Positions 1-10,816 are shown, counted from the stretch's first letter. The stretch: DNA of 64,000 bases from Halodesulfurarchaeum sp. (GCA_042216015.1 JBDGUI010000014.1:1-64000); one strand, 5' to 3'. Numbers and translations are program-made. The notes: generated by a model from the sequence alone, not told the origin.

Positions 1-2
1 CC

Positions 3-608
3 TGGAACGAGCGCTTCCGCACCCGAAACTCGAAGGAGCGCAACCTCAAGCAGGCCCTCGGCGAGATCGAGCGGATGAGTTCGGCTCTCGGCCTCCCACA
101 GGAGGTGCGGGAGACCGCCTCGGTGATCTATCGCCGGGCACTGGAGGAGGATCTCCTCCCAGGTCGGTCGATCGAGGGCGTCGCAACGGCTGCACTCTAT
201 GCGGCCGCTCGACAGATGACCACGCCGCGAAGCCTCGACGAGATGGCCGCCGTGAGCCGAATCGACGAGATGGAGTTCAAACGGACCTACCGATACATCG
301 TCCGCGAACTCAGTCTCGAGGTCCAGCCCGCGGATCCGGCCAGCTACGTGCCCCGGTTTGCCTCGGAACTTGATCTCGCCGAAGAGGTAGAGCGACGGGC
401 TCGCCAGCTCCTCTCGACGGCCCAGGAGAAGGGTGTGACCAGTGGAAAGAGCCCCGTCGGGCTCGCGGCCGCGGCCATCTACGCCGCGTCGCTTTTGACC
501 AATCGACGGGTCACCCAGAGCGAGGTCAGCGATGTGACCAACGTGTCGGAGGTCACCATCCGGAACCGGTACCAGGAGCTGCTCGAGGCGGCTGACGTTC
601 CGGCGTAA
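3..608 (+). CDS. tfb: Transcription initiation factor IIB (TFB), 5'-partial
   Basis: The frame is open from the window edge (WNERFRTRNSKERNLKQALGEIERM). Two cyclin repeats, GKSPVGLAAAAIY, and C-terminal VSEVTIRNRYQEL. Confidence 0.95.
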   Translation, partial: WNERFRTRNSKERNLKQALGEIERMSSALGLPQEVRETASVIYRRALEEDLLPGRSIEGVATAALYAAARQMTTPRSLDEMAAVSRIDEMEFKRTYRYIVRELSLEVQPADPASYVPRFASELDLAEEVERRARQLLSTAQEKGVTSGKSPVGLAAAAIYAASLLTNRRVTQSEVSDVTNVSEVTIRNRYQELLEAADVPA

Positions 609-669
609 CTCGACGAATCACGAACGGCGATTCCCCGCTCTTTCGCCATTTCCACTCGTTCGGCCTGAA

Positions 670-1242
670 TTATAATCGTTCCCCGGCCCGAATAGCGACC
701 GATAGTTCGCTGTCAGTTGGCGGTTTCGCGCTCCGGACCGTCTCGTCGTACACACAGAGCGGATGATACGCCAGGTTGAAGTCGACCGTCACGTCCACAG
801 GCCTTGCCCGATCGATTTGGTCCTCCTCACCGGCCGTCCCTTTCGGCGCAGCGACGTTCAGGTATCGGCCGTGTTTCCAGGTGGTGCTGCCGTTCGTAGA
901 ATCCCGAAACGGAACAAGGAGGGACGGTACCCCCGGGGCCCGATACGCCGCGAGAACTGAGAATTCTCCGTCGAGTTCGAGACCGAGTTGTCCCACTTTC
1001 TCGAAGGACATCGGTGGCCCTTGGGTTGTGTCGAGGGTTACATCTCGTGGCTCCTCGAACGGTTCCAATCGGCCAGTGAGACGGTACTCCGCCGATATCG
1101 GAAAGAATGCCAACCCATCGAACTGGGCACGAGCGGTCTCGGAGAGCGGCGTGTCGCTCTCGGAGGCGAAGGCGGCCTCCTTCTCGGTCCTGTGGGTGTG
1201 AATCATCTCGGGCCAGTCCCCGCCCCTCGAATTGTCGTCCAT
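670..1242 (-). CDS. DUF1684 family protein
   Basis: PFRDSTNGSTTWKHGRYL and VDFNLAYHPLCVY motifs, with a C-terminal IRAGE. Confidence 0.8.
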   Translation of the reverse strand: MDDNSRGGDWPEMIHTHRTEKEAAFASESDTPLSETARAQFDGLAFFPISAEYRLTGRLEPFEEPRDVTLDTTQGPPMSFEKVGQLGLELDGEFSVLAAYRAPGVPSLLVPFRDSTNGSTTWKHGRYLNVAAPKGTAGEEDQIDRARPVDVTVDFNLAYHPLCVYDETVRSAKPPTDSELSVAIRAGERL

Positions 1243-1465
1243 GGCGATTCTTCGAGGGGAGATGGGTAACGGTTGGGATCCGGAACCGTCCGGAATTGGT
1301 GCCCTCGGGGGTTGATCGGTAAGAAACGGGGCCTCAATTGTCGAACCAATGAATGGTCACTCGGATGTCGGTCCAGTGATTGGACACTTCAGGTATCAAT
1401 CCAACGTGGGGAGGCTCTCGAGTGTCGGTCCAAACCTTCAACCCGATCCCGAGCGATCACGGCTC

Positions 1466-2485
1466 ATGAAGCGGATCGACGGTGAGGGTGGGGGTGGACA
1501 GGTCCTCCGGCTGGCCGTCTCGTTCGCCGCCCTCGAGAACACCTCCATCACCGTCGAGAACGTCCGGGGAGGACGGGAAAACCCGGGCCTGCGAGCCCAG
1601 CACGTGGCTGCAATCGAGTCGATCACCGCTCTGACGGATGGGGAATCCGACGGGGTCCGGGTCGGTTCCGAGACGGTCACCTTCGAACCGGGAGACTCCA
1701 TCGGGGGAGAGACGGCAGTCGATGTCGGGACTGCTGGCAGCATTCCGCTCGTCTTCGACGCGGTGTTGCCGCTTGCCATGGCGGCCGAGTCGCCCATTTT
1801 GCTCCACGCCACCGGCGGTACCGACGTCAAATGGGCTCCACCGATCGACTTTCTCCGAACCGTGAAATTCCCCGTCCTCGAGCGATTCGGACTCGAGGCG
1901 ACCATCGAGCAGGTCTCGCGAGGATTTTATCCGCAGGGAGGTGGCTCGGCGACGCTGAAACTCGTTCCCGTGTCGATAAACTCGATTGACTGTGTCGACC
2001 GCGGAGGACTCGAGGCGATTTCGATCCATTCGGTGGCGACGGACGACCTCTCGAGCGCGGAGGTGACAACACGACAGATCGACGGCGTCAAACGGACACT
2101 GAATGGCGATGTTTCCGTACCCATTTCGGATCATCGGGACGTTGTCGAGTCTCCATCGACCGGAACCGTCGTGCTCGTCGTGGCACAGTACGAACGGTCC
2201 CGAGCGGGATTTTCGGCGCTCGGGGAACCGGGCTGGCCGGCCGAAGAGGTCGGAGCGGCTGCCGCTTCGGCGTTTTTGACGTTCCATGACACACGTGCAG
2301 CAGTCGAGAGACATCTCGCAGACCAGCTATTGCCATTTCTCGCACGCTCCGGTGGGACCATCACGACCCCGAAGCGCACAGCCCACATTCGGTCGTCGAT
2401 TTCGTTGCTCTCGGCGTTCGATCACCCACTCGATGTCCACCGGAGTTCCCGAGGAATTCGCATTGAATCCACCCAGTCCACGTAA
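1466..2485 (+). CDS. rtcA: RNA 3'-terminal phosphate cyclase
   Basis: IDGEGGGGQVLR, RENPGLRAQH, GGTDVKWAPP, RGFYPQGGG and HLADQLLPF. Start trimmed to ATG 1466. Confidence 0.93.
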   Translation: MKRIDGEGGGGQVLRLAVSFAALENTSITVENVRGGRENPGLRAQHVAAIESITALTDGESDGVRVGSETVTFEPGDSIGGETAVDVGTAGSIPLVFDAVLPLAMAAESPILLHATGGTDVKWAPPIDFLRTVKFPVLERFGLEATIEQVSRGFYPQGGGSATLKLVPVSINSIDCVDRGGLEAISIHSVATDDLSSAEVTTRQIDGVKRTLNGDVSVPISDHRDVVESPSTGTVVLVVAQYERSRAGFSALGEPGWPAEEVGAAAASAFLTFHDTRAAVERHLADQLLPFLARSGGTITTPKRTAHIRSSISLLSAFDHPLDVHRSSRGIRIESTQST

Positions 2486-2492
2486 AACGGTG

Positions 2493-3380
2493 TCACCGAG
2501 CGTTCGTTCCGTCCGGTTCGATGGTGACGTTGGCCCGGTACTCCAGTTTGTCCTGCAGGAGCGCGATTTGCAGGGTCGCGTTGTAGATGACGGGTCTCAG
2601 TTGGCGGTCGGCGTAGTCGGACCCGTCTATTTGATTCACCGCTTCGTCCACGATCAGGCGATAGGTTCCCGTCGCGTTCGAGCCGTTCTTGATCCAGAGG
2701 TCGAATTCATCAGGAAACGCGTTCTGAAATTCGAGATCGGCCCAGGTCCGGTTTTCGATGGACCCCTCGGTCGGTCTGATTTCGAGGGACTCGGTCGAAT
2801 ACATCCGTGAACTCGATCCGTTCGTTGGGGTCTGTACCGAGACACCGAACGAGCCGTTCGATTCGTTCACCAAGAGTCCCCAGGTCTCAGAGCCATTCGT
2901 GGCGTTGATCCTGAGGGTCGCATTCGAATCCACGTCCGTCACCTCGAACCTGACTGCTCGAGCGTCTGTCACCCCGTGAACGAGTTGCCAGGTCGAATTG
3001 CCCCCCTCGTTCTCGAAATTCGATACAGTCGATTGGTTGAGGAGTGTCCCGTTGTGTGTTTCGAGAAGCGTCACGTTTCGAATGGTTCCTCGAGTGAGCG
3101 CGTGGGCCAGCTCGGCGTCGCTGTAATTCCGTATGCGCTCGCGATACGTCGATCGAAGGGTCTGATAGGTCGATTCCTCCGCGTTGGTTCGTCGGAGGAG
3201 GACCGCACCGACCTCGATCACGGACTCCTGAAAGTCCAGGACTTCGTGTCCACCGACCGTCTCCCGGGTGGCCAGGTTTTCCGTGTAGATTGCGGTGTTG
3301 AGGATCAGCGCCAGGGCGACGAAAATGATCGCCATCGCGAAGGCGGCCACGAGCAGGATCTGTCCCCTCGATCGTCCCAT
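2493..3380 (-). CDS. Secreted pilin-like protein with class III (prepilin) signal peptide
   Basis: N-terminus MGRSRG/QILLVAAFAMAIIFVALALILN. The body is rich in NxS/T sequons. Confidence 0.65.
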   Translation of the reverse strand: MGRSRGQILLVAAFAMAIIFVALALILNTAIYTENLATRETVGGHEVLDFQESVIEVGAVLLRRTNAEESTYQTLRSTYRERIRNYSDAELAHALTRGTIRNVTLLETHNGTLLNQSTVSNFENEGGNSTWQLVHGVTDARAVRFEVTDVDSNATLRINATNGSETWGLLVNESNGSFGVSVQTPTNGSSSRMYSTESLEIRPTEGSIENRTWADLEFQNAFPDEFDLWIKNGSNATGTYRLIVDEAVNQIDGSDYADRQLRPVIYNATLQIALLQDKLEYRANVTIEPDGTNAR

Positions 3381-3457
3381 GCCCGCCCTTTATCGGTCAG
3401 GACGAAAAGACTTGCTCGCCCGGCACGCCTTTGCCACCTCCGCGTGTAGAAGCGACC

Positions 3458-4369
3458 ATGCACGTCGCGGTTATCGGTACGGGAGCGATCGGCTCGGCAC
3501 TCGGAGCCCACCTGTCCCGGACCGCCCCGGTCACGCTGGTCGGTCACGAAAACCCGCACCTGCGGGCGATCGAGACCGGTCGGCTCGACGTACGAGCCCC
3601 CGGTAACTCGCCCACGCCCGTAAAACTGGCCGTGACGACCGACCATTCGGTTGTCGAAAGAGCCGATCTCGTCATTCTCGCCGTGAAGAGTTACGACACG
3701 GACGGGGCGATGACCGACATCGAGTCCGGCCTGGGGGACGCGGCAGTCATGACTCTCCAGAACGGACTCGGCAATATCGAACGGATTCGGGAGTCAGTCG
3801 CGCCCGAACGGGTCATCGGCGGAACGACCACGATGGGTGCGTTCGTGCCCAAACCTGGAACGGTTCGAATCGAGAGCCGTGGAGAAACGAGAATCGGGCG
3901 TCCCTGGGGGGAGACCGATCCGATCCTCGAACGGGTGACCGCGACCTTCGAATCGGCCGGGTTGCAAACCGAAATCGACGATCGGATTCGTCGGACGATC
4001 TGGGAAAAGGTGCTCGTCAACGTGGGCATCAACCCCGTCACTGCACTGGGTGGGGTACCGAACGGTCGTCTTCGATCGGGGTTCGGGCGCAGCCTCCTCG
4101 AGACAGCCATCGAGGAGGCCCAGTGCGTTGCAAGGGCTGAGGGGTTCCCCGTCGATTCACCCGTCGAACGGGCGATCGCCGTCGCCGATGCGACGGCGCA
4201 GAACCGATCGTCGATGCTTCGCGACCTCGAATCGAACTCCCGGACGGAGATCGAGGCCCTGAACGGCGCGATCGTGGATCGGGCGGCATCACATGACGTA
4301 CGCGTTCCCGTGAACCGCACCCTCACCGAAGCGGTGAAGCTCCGGAGCACCCGGGAGAAACCCCCCTGA
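3458..4369 (+). CDS. panE: 2-dehydropantoate 2-reductase
   Basis: GTGAIGS Rossmann motif, LAVKSYD, LQNGLG, WEKVLVNVGINP and NRSSMLRD...TEIEALNG. Confidence 0.92.
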   Translation: MHVAVIGTGAIGSALGAHLSRTAPVTLVGHENPHLRAIETGRLDVRAPGNSPTPVKLAVTTDHSVVERADLVILAVKSYDTDGAMTDIESGLGDAAVMTLQNGLGNIERIRESVAPERVIGGTTTMGAFVPKPGTVRIESRGETRIGRPWGETDPILERVTATFESAGLQTEIDDRIRRTIWEKVLVNVGINPVTALGGVPNGRLRSGFGRSLLETAIEEAQCVARAEGFPVDSPVERAIAVADATAQNRSSMLRDLESNSRTEIEALNGAIVDRAASHDVRVPVNRTLTEAVKLRSTREKPP

Positions 4370-4419
4370 GAACCGACCGGGAACGAATCCGTCAAATGAA
4401 AGGCGACGGTACGGGATCC

Positions 4420-5085
4420 ATGGCCCACCCAATCGTCGTCGATATCGACGGCACGCTGAGCCGCCCGGATCGGTCGATCGATCCTCGGATCATCGACGCC
4501 CTCGCCGCCTGGCCGGGTCCGGTCGTCATCGCGACGGGGAAGGCGCTTCCCTACCCGGTCGCACTCGCCCAGTACGTCGGGATCGAGCCCACTGTCGTCG
4601 CGGAAAACGGAGGGGTTGCCGTCGCAGGGGACAGGCTGCAGGTCCATGGAGATCGAACCGCCGCCGACGAGGTCGCGGCCGAATACCGCTCCCAGGGCCA
4701 CGAGTTGGGCTTCGGGAAGCCCGATCTCGCGAACCGGTGGCGCGAAACCGAGATCGTCGTCAGTCGCGACCAGCCCCTCGAACCCCTCGAAGCGCTCGCC
4801 CGGGAGCATGGTCTGGAGGTCGTCGATTCGGAGTACGCATACCACGTCAAATCGCCAGCCGTGAGCAAGGGTGCGGCCTTCGAATCGATCGCCGACCACC
4901 TGGAATTCGATCCCGAAATGACGGTCGCCATCGGGGATTCGCCAAACGACATCTCGCTCTTCGAGATCGTCGGCACCTCGTTTGCCGTGGCCAACGCGAC
5001 CGATGACGCCAAAAAGGCGGCGGACTCGGTCACCAGTGGGAGTTACGCGGACGGATTCCTCGAGGCGCTGAACACCCTGCTCTGA
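4420..5085 (+). CDS. HAD-IIB hydrolase, archaeal phosphoglycolate phosphatase family
   Basis: DIDGTL, ATGK, VAENGG, SKG and GDSPND motifs. Confidence 0.85.
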   Translation: MAHPIVVDIDGTLSRPDRSIDPRIIDALAAWPGPVVIATGKALPYPVALAQYVGIEPTVVAENGGVAVAGDRLQVHGDRTAADEVAAEYRSQGHELGFGKPDLANRWRETEIVVSRDQPLEPLEALAREHGLEVVDSEYAYHVKSPAVSKGAAFESIADHLEFDPEMTVAIGDSPNDISLFEIVGTSFAVANATDDAKKAADSVTSGSYADGFLEALNTLL

Positions 5086-5134
5086 GAAGTCCTGAAACAA
5101 CTCCCGGTCACACCGAAGGAGCAACTGCCGAGTC

Positions 5135-5527
5135 CTACTGTTCGCCCTGTGTCGCGGATTCGTACTGGTCCCGGAACTCCGTGATTAGTTGACCCATTTT
5201 GGCATACCAGTCGTTGAGCAGTCGTTGCATGTCGTCGGCGATCCGGTCGGGGTCGGTCGGTCGATAGACGTGATAGTATCCCCCCTGTTCGTAATTCACC
5301 TGCTCCTTCTGAATGAAACCGGACTGCAGGAGGCGCTGGACGGACCGGTAGGCGGTGGACCGTTCCCGATCAACGGCGTCAGCAATATCGTCCACGGTGA
5401 GTGGGTCCGAGGCGTCGGTGAGGACCATGAACACCTCCTTGTCGAGTTCCTTGAGTCCGTGCATGCATTCGAGGAGGCCCTCACATTGCATGTCCTGAGA
5501 GAGATACTCGCTCATCGATTCTGCCAT
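5135..5527 (-). CDS. HTH transcriptional regulator (TrmB-like winged helix)
   Basis: MAESMSEYLSQDMQCEGLLECMHGL...LTVDDIADAVDRERSTAYRSVQRL. Start trimmed to ATG 5527. Confidence 0.85.
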   Translation of the reverse strand: MAESMSEYLSQDMQCEGLLECMHGLKELDKEVFMVLTDASDPLTVDDIADAVDRERSTAYRSVQRLLQSGFIQKEQVNYEQGGYYHVYRPTDPDRIADDMQRLLNDWYAKMGQLITEFRDQYESATQGEQ

Positions 5528-5754
5528 GGATATTGTGAGTTTGGTGCACCTCACTAAAAGGGTTGTGTCGAGCGGGTGGCCGGTCCGGATCGGCCTCCGT
5601 CCAGTACGAGGGGTCGGGCCTCGTCGGTCAGCGCCTGTTTCGAGGGGTCCCCAGTGGGAATGATCGAGTGATTTCGACGGGAAAGATGGGTAAAATCGGG
5701 AGGACGTGTAGCGATCACAACCATGCACAGTCATCCCAGGACTCCACGTGCACG

Positions 5755-6237
5755 CTACCCCGATTGGGACGCCGAATCCGCCTGCCAATCCGTCACGGAC
5801 TCGAGTCTGGAAAATATCCGTTCCCCGTCGACTGCGGTCCCATCGGAAATTCGAAAGCGGACTGGCCCCTCGACAGCCGATTCGTTGATGTCACCGACGA
5901 GAATGGTGGGAAGCTCGGCCGACTTGAACCCCTCCACGAACACCCAGTCGACGTCTCGATCGGCGAGTTCCGCAAGCGTCTCACGAAGTGTGACACCATC
6001 CTCTTTTCCCTCGTTCCGGAACTCGGCGGTCTGGGAAGGCGTGACACCGACGACGGTGTCCGCTCCGGCCGTTCGGTGGCGATGGGTGTCGGTTCCGGGC
6101 GAATCGAATTCGACCTCGTGGTGAATCGACTTGACCGTCGCGACCGACAGAGCGGGGGGTATCACCTCGAGAAGCTCTTCGATCAGCGAGGTCTTCCCGG
6201 CATTGCGGTTGCCGGCCACCACGACGACCTTCATCAC
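5755..6237 (-). CDS. mobB: Molybdopterin-guanine dinucleotide biosynthesis protein B
   Basis: GNRNAGKT P-loop, VKSIHH, GTDTHRHRTAGA and VEGFK. Confidence 0.9.
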   Translation of the reverse strand: MMKVVVVAGNRNAGKTSLIEELLEVIPPALSVATVKSIHHEVEFDSPGTDTHRHRTAGADTVVGVTPSQTAEFRNEGKEDGVTLRETLAELADRDVDWVFVEGFKSAELPTILVGDINESAVEGPVRFRISDGTAVDGERIFSRLESVTDWQADSASQSG

Positions 6238-6412
6238 CTGACGGTCGCTCCGCGATCCACTTACGTGCTCCGAGTTTTATCGATCGAGATGTCGGTCGAT
6301 CCGCATCGACGTTCGATATACATCGACACGTCCTTTCGTTGACGACGATTCCCGAATGGGCGCCCGGTTCCAAGAGCGGAAGCATTTCAACCCTGGAAAC
6401 TACCGATTAGGT

Positions 6413-7501
6413 ATGAAGCGGGCGACAGGGATTGGGATCATCGTGACCCTCCTTTTGGTTGCCGGGGTGATTCCGGGAGCGACCGCCGTTTCGACCTTCG
6501 GCTCCGAGACCGAACAGATCGGTGGACTCCAGACCGATCTCGTCACCATCCAGGCGAGGGTGACCGCGGCCGGGAACGCGGACTTCCAGATCCAGTACGC
6601 CATCGAACTGAATGGCGAAAACGAGAGTCAGGCGTTTGGCGAACTCGCCGCGGACATCGAGGCGAACGAATCGGCGTATCTGGATCGGTTTGCAGACCGA
6701 ATGAACGCGACCGTCGAGGCGGCAGAACGGGCCACCGGCCGACCGATGTCCATCGGCAACGTCGACGTCTGGACGAACCGGACGAGCCTCGGGAAGGAAT
6801 ACGGCCTGGTCACATATTCTGCGACCTGGCGGGGGTTCGCGAATGCTACCGGGAACCGGCTCACAATCGGCGATGCACTCGAGGGACTGTTCATCGACCA
6901 GGATACCCGATTCGTACTCCAGTGGCCCGAGACCTATCAACTCGAGTCCGTGAAGCCATCACCGGACGAATCCTCCGAGACTGAAGTGGTCTGGATGGGA
7001 CCCCGCGAATTCGACGCTGGCGGGCCCTCGGTGACCCTGGTCCTCGAGACGACCGAGACCGATCCCGAATCGACCACACAGGAATCCGCCCCCACCCTGG
7101 GACCGACGACCGAGAAACCCCCGACTTCGGGAGGGGCATTTCCGGTGACCCTTCTGGGCATCGGCGTGATCGTTCTCCTGCTTGTCGGCGGTTGGTACTG
7201 GCGGCGTGGCGGATTCGTGGAGCAGCCGAGTTCTTCAGATGGATCTGATCTGGCCGATCACCCGGCGGAAAGTCAGAATGGCGAACCGCCGGCCGAACTG
7301 CTGAGCAATGAAGAGCGGGTCGAGCAGTACCTCGAATCGGTCGGCGGTCGAGCGAAGCAGCAGGAAATCGTCGAGGCTCTCGACTGGACGGAGGCAAAGA
7401 CGAGCCAGGTGCTCACGGAGATGACTGAGACGGGAACCATCGAGAAGTTCCGGATCGGCCGGGAAAACGTCGTCAAACTGACCGACGACGAGACCGAGTG
7501 A
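6413..7501 (+). CDS. Membrane-anchored protein with extracellular domain, Thr-rich linker, one TM helix and C-terminal HTH
   Basis: Signal peptide, TM VTLLGIGVIVLLLVGGWYW, and C-terminal GGRAKQQEIVEALDWTEAKTSQVL...RIGRENV. Confidence 0.8.
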   Translation: MKRATGIGIIVTLLLVAGVIPGATAVSTFGSETEQIGGLQTDLVTIQARVTAAGNADFQIQYAIELNGENESQAFGELAADIEANESAYLDRFADRMNATVEAAERATGRPMSIGNVDVWTNRTSLGKEYGLVTYSATWRGFANATGNRLTIGDALEGLFIDQDTRFVLQWPETYQLESVKPSPDESSETEVVWMGPREFDAGGPSVTLVLETTETDPESTTQESAPTLGPTTEKPPTSGGAFPVTLLGIGVIVLLLVGGWYWRRGGFVEQPSSSDGSDLADHPAESQNGEPPAELLSNEERVEQYLESVGGRAKQQEIVEALDWTEAKTSQVLTEMTETGTIEKFRIGRENVVKLTDDETE

Positions 7502-7587
7502 ATCGCGTAATGATCGGCCATCCCTTGACGGCCCCCCGCCCAAATGGCGGGGTTCTAGCCTCGAAACTTCCATAACCCCGTTCGCCA

Positions 7588-7785
7588 TCACTCGTACAGA
7601 CCGACGAGTACGGCGATCACCAACACGAGGCCGCCGAATCCACCGACGGCAAACCAGATCCCTGCAAGTGCCCCGCTCGGCGGATCCCGCGGGAGCAAGA
7701 GCAGCACGATCGTCCCCAGCCCAAGCAGCACCAATCCCCACACGTAGAGCCGGAGGAGGTGATAGAACAGTCGGCCGAGGTCCAT
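7588..7785 (-). CDS. Small membrane protein (2 TM), hypothetical
   Basis: 65 aa with two hydrophobic stretches, filling the gap downstream of mscS. Confidence 0.5.
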   Translation of the reverse strand: MDLGRLFYHLLRLYVWGLVLLGLGTIVLLLLPRDPPSGALAGIWFAVGGFGGLVLVIAVLVGLYE

Positions 7786-7881
7786 GGATGCACTACGTCC
7801 CGAAGCCTCAACTAGTTGTGTGCCAGGGAACTCGAGTCGAGGAACACGAATCGATTCGTCCGCGTGAGACCATCTGCCGGG

Positions 7882-9054
7882 CTATTCTTCGGTCGAACCC
7901 TCATCGATGACGCGGAATCCATCGGTCTCAGTGCGACCGGAGAGTTCACGCTGCGGGAAGGGGATCTTGATGTCCTCCTCCTCGAAGGCGGCAGCAACGG
8001 CCGTGATGGAATCGCTGATTGCAAGCGCCCGGCGGCGGGCACTCGGCTTGTCGATCCAGAATCGAAGCTCGAGAACGATCGCCGAATCGGCGAATCGACT
8101 CGTCACGACCCTGGGGCGAGGGACCGTAAGAACCCGATCGACATCCCCGAGAGCCTCCTCTGCCACGTCGCTTGCGTGATCGGGATCCGCATCGTAATCG
8201 ATCCCCACCTCGACACGCAATCGGAGCCTCCCCTTCGTGGTTCGGTTGACGATGGTCGAATTGCCGACCAGGTCGTTCGGAAGGGCGATCAGTTCGCCAT
8301 CGAAGTTCTGGAGCCGGGTGTTCACGATGGTGATTTCCGAGACGATTCCCTCGTGCTCACCGATCTGCACCCAGTCGCCGATCTCGAACGGTCGCGAGAG
8401 CATCAGGACGAATCCGGCGATGAGCGCTCCGAGGGTCTGCTGGGCGGCGAGACCGGCCACGATGCCCAGAAATCCCGCCCCGACGAGGAGTCCACCGAGA
8501 TCGACCCCCCAGAGCGAGAGCGCGACGATCGAGGCCGCGATCAGGAAGATGATCTGGAGGACCCGCAACCAGATTTCCTCCTGGTGGGGGGAGATCTTCT
8601 CCGAGCGCTTCGTCAACTCGCCGAGCCAGCTGTGGAGAACCCCCATGCCGGAGTAGGCGCCCACGAGCAGGAGGACGGTGAGGAGTCCCTTGAGGATCAT
8701 CGACATCGGAATCGAGAGTCCCCTCACGAACTCCTTGGCGGATCCAATCTCGCCCCAGATGCCAAGCAATGCGACGGTCGCCAGGATGGCAACACTCGCT
8801 TGGCCGATTCGAACGGCCCCCCGTTCAACGCCAGGAATGTCCGTGAGATGGATTGGACCGCTCCCCGATTCCATTCGTAGGAGATTCAGGAGCCAGAGAA
8901 GACCACGTCCGATGAGTTCCACTGCCCGAGGAACCAACACCAAGATGGCGAAGATAGCGAGCAGTCCAACTCCCACCGAGACGCCGATCTGCATTTCGAT
9001 CGATCCGGCCCCGCCGAGGAGGTCTCCGATCGTCGATCCAAAACCCAACGCCAT
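7882..9054 (-). CDS. mscS: Small-conductance mechanosensitive channel
   Basis: GAGFLGIVAGLAAQQTL, RPFEIGDWV, VGIDYDAD and IPFPQR. Confidence 0.92.
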   Translation of the reverse strand: MALGFGSTIGDLLGGAGSIEMQIGVSVGVGLLAIFAILVLVPRAVELIGRGLLWLLNLLRMESGSGPIHLTDIPGVERGAVRIGQASVAILATVALLGIWGEIGSAKEFVRGLSIPMSMILKGLLTVLLLVGAYSGMGVLHSWLGELTKRSEKISPHQEEIWLRVLQIIFLIAASIVALSLWGVDLGGLLVGAGFLGIVAGLAAQQTLGALIAGFVLMLSRPFEIGDWVQIGEHEGIVSEITIVNTRLQNFDGELIALPNDLVGNSTIVNRTTKGRLRLRVEVGIDYDADPDHASDVAEEALGDVDRVLTVPRPRVVTSRFADSAIVLELRFWIDKPSARRRALAISDSITAVAAAFEEEDIKIPFPQRELSGRTETDGFRVIDEGSTEE

Positions 9055-9174
9055 TATCGGAACGTCGGTGGGGATCCACTTAGAGGTGCTGGCATGCGTA
9101 TTCGATCATCACTCACCATACGAAAACCAGCCGTGGGTGGGAACATTCTTAATCGCGCTCCAATTTCATGGACT

Positions 9175-10548
9175 ATGGAGCAGGTCGACGTCGCGATCGT
9201 CGGCGGTGGTCCGGCCGGCACGGCCGCCGGGCGGGCCGCTGCCGACCACGGCGCACGCGCTGTCGTCATCGAGAAAGGGGTCCCGCGAGAGGATCGGGAG
9301 TCGGTGGGACCGGACTCGACGGACGCGGCCGGATTTCTGGACTTCTGGAGCGAAATCGCCGACGTCGATCCGACGACCTGGCCCGAGGATATCATTCATC
9401 AGCACCTCACGGGTGCAGAATTCCGGAGCCGGGAGGAGTCGATCACGATCAGGAAGACCGGTATCGATTCGTCCTATCCGCACTTCGGGTTCACCTTCGA
9501 TCGGGCGAAATTCGACGATTGGCACCGCGAACGGGCCGAAGAGGCGGGTGCTGACTACCGGGTTGGAACCGGCGTTCGGTCCATCGACGTCGGCCGACGG
9601 AGTTCTGCCCACCTGGTGACTCTCGCCGACGGATCGACGATTCGAGCCGATACGCTGATACTCGCCGACGGCCCCCAACGCCAGCTGACACTTCGTGTCC
9701 TCGACGAATTGCTCCCCGCCGATCGATCGGCCTCGACAGCCCTCTCGCCGCCAACAGCGAATCACATCGCCTATCAGGAGTACAGACAGTTCCCGAGCGA
9801 GGAATTCGATCCCGACCGCATCAAATTCTGGTGGGGATGGATCCCCGGTCATACCGCCTACCCGTGGATCTTCCCGAACAGCGACAACGTGGCCAGGGTG
9901 GGTCTCACGATGCCCATCGGCCTGTCACTCGAGGACATTCACGATCCGAGAGCCTACGAATTGATCGAACCGGACGACGAGACCATGCCCTCTCCTCGCA
10001 CCTTCCTCGAACGCTTTCTCGAGCGGCTCTACGGGGAGGAGTACGACGTGGCGGGGGACTTCCCACGGCTCGAAACCTACGGAAAGGACGGGGGGACTGA
10101 AACCTACCCCATCTCATCGACTCGCCCAATCGACTCCCCGACCGCACACGGGATCGCCGTCGTGGGCGGGGCGATGGGGGCGACCTCGGCATTTCACGAG
10201 GGAGGAGACCACGTCGCTCTCAGGACGGGCAAACTCGCCGGAAGACTCGGCGCGACCGGGCGCCTCGGGGCATACAACGACGCCTGGAAGGCCGCGATCG
10301 GGCCCGAGGTCCGACGAAACGTCACCCTCGCCGACATGGTTCGAAACTACGAACCCGCCGACTGGGACCGGGTCTTCCGAATCGGACAGCGGATGCTTGG
10401 CAAACAGGAGGGAGCCGTGCCGAAACTTCGTTCGGCACTTACGGCAGGTCTCCCCGCTGTCAAACTCTATCTCGCGTATCGATACGAGCGGTACAAACTC
10501 CGCTCGAACAGGTACGTGAGCATTCACGCCTCAGCGTACCGGTCCTGA
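9175..10548 (+). CDS. FAD-dependent oxidoreductase, geranylgeranyl-reductase/FixC-like
   Basis: VDVAIVGGGPAG, FDRAKFDDW, ILADG, YPWIFP and GGAMGATSAFHEGG. Confidence 0.85.
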   Translation: MEQVDVAIVGGGPAGTAAGRAAADHGARAVVIEKGVPREDRESVGPDSTDAAGFLDFWSEIADVDPTTWPEDIIHQHLTGAEFRSREESITIRKTGIDSSYPHFGFTFDRAKFDDWHRERAEEAGADYRVGTGVRSIDVGRRSSAHLVTLADGSTIRADTLILADGPQRQLTLRVLDELLPADRSASTALSPPTANHIAYQEYRQFPSEEFDPDRIKFWWGWIPGHTAYPWIFPNSDNVARVGLTMPIGLSLEDIHDPRAYELIEPDDETMPSPRTFLERFLERLYGEEYDVAGDFPRLETYGKDGGTETYPISSTRPIDSPTAHGIAVVGGAMGATSAFHEGGDHVALRTGKLAGRLGATGRLGAYNDAWKAAIGPEVRRNVTLADMVRNYEPADWDRVFRIGQRMLGKQEGAVPKLRSALTAGLPAVKLYLAYRYERYKLRSNRYVSIHASAYRS

Positions 10549-10816
10549 CCGACCACCGGGAGTCAAAGTGAGGGCCCCTTCTCCCGGTACCACCCAGTGA
10601 TCCACGTCGAGGGTTGTCCAAGCGAGACGGCGACGTGGTCGCTGTACGCAACGTCAGCTTCCACGTGGAGTTCGGATCGGTCCATTGACCTCCTGTTTGG
10701 CAGGATGCTCCTCCATTCGGTGAATCCGCCGAACACCATCGCAGAGGAGGCAACCGGGAGTGAGACCCCGGTGAGGAACGCGGCGTTTATTGGCAAACCG
10801 ATCCAGAATACGATCG

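Noticed and set aside
10563..10796. 77-aa minus-strand ORF in the gap after the oxidoreductase
   Set aside because: TTG start, no recognisable motif and not clearly acidic. It cannot be supported, though a small gene or remnant is not excluded.
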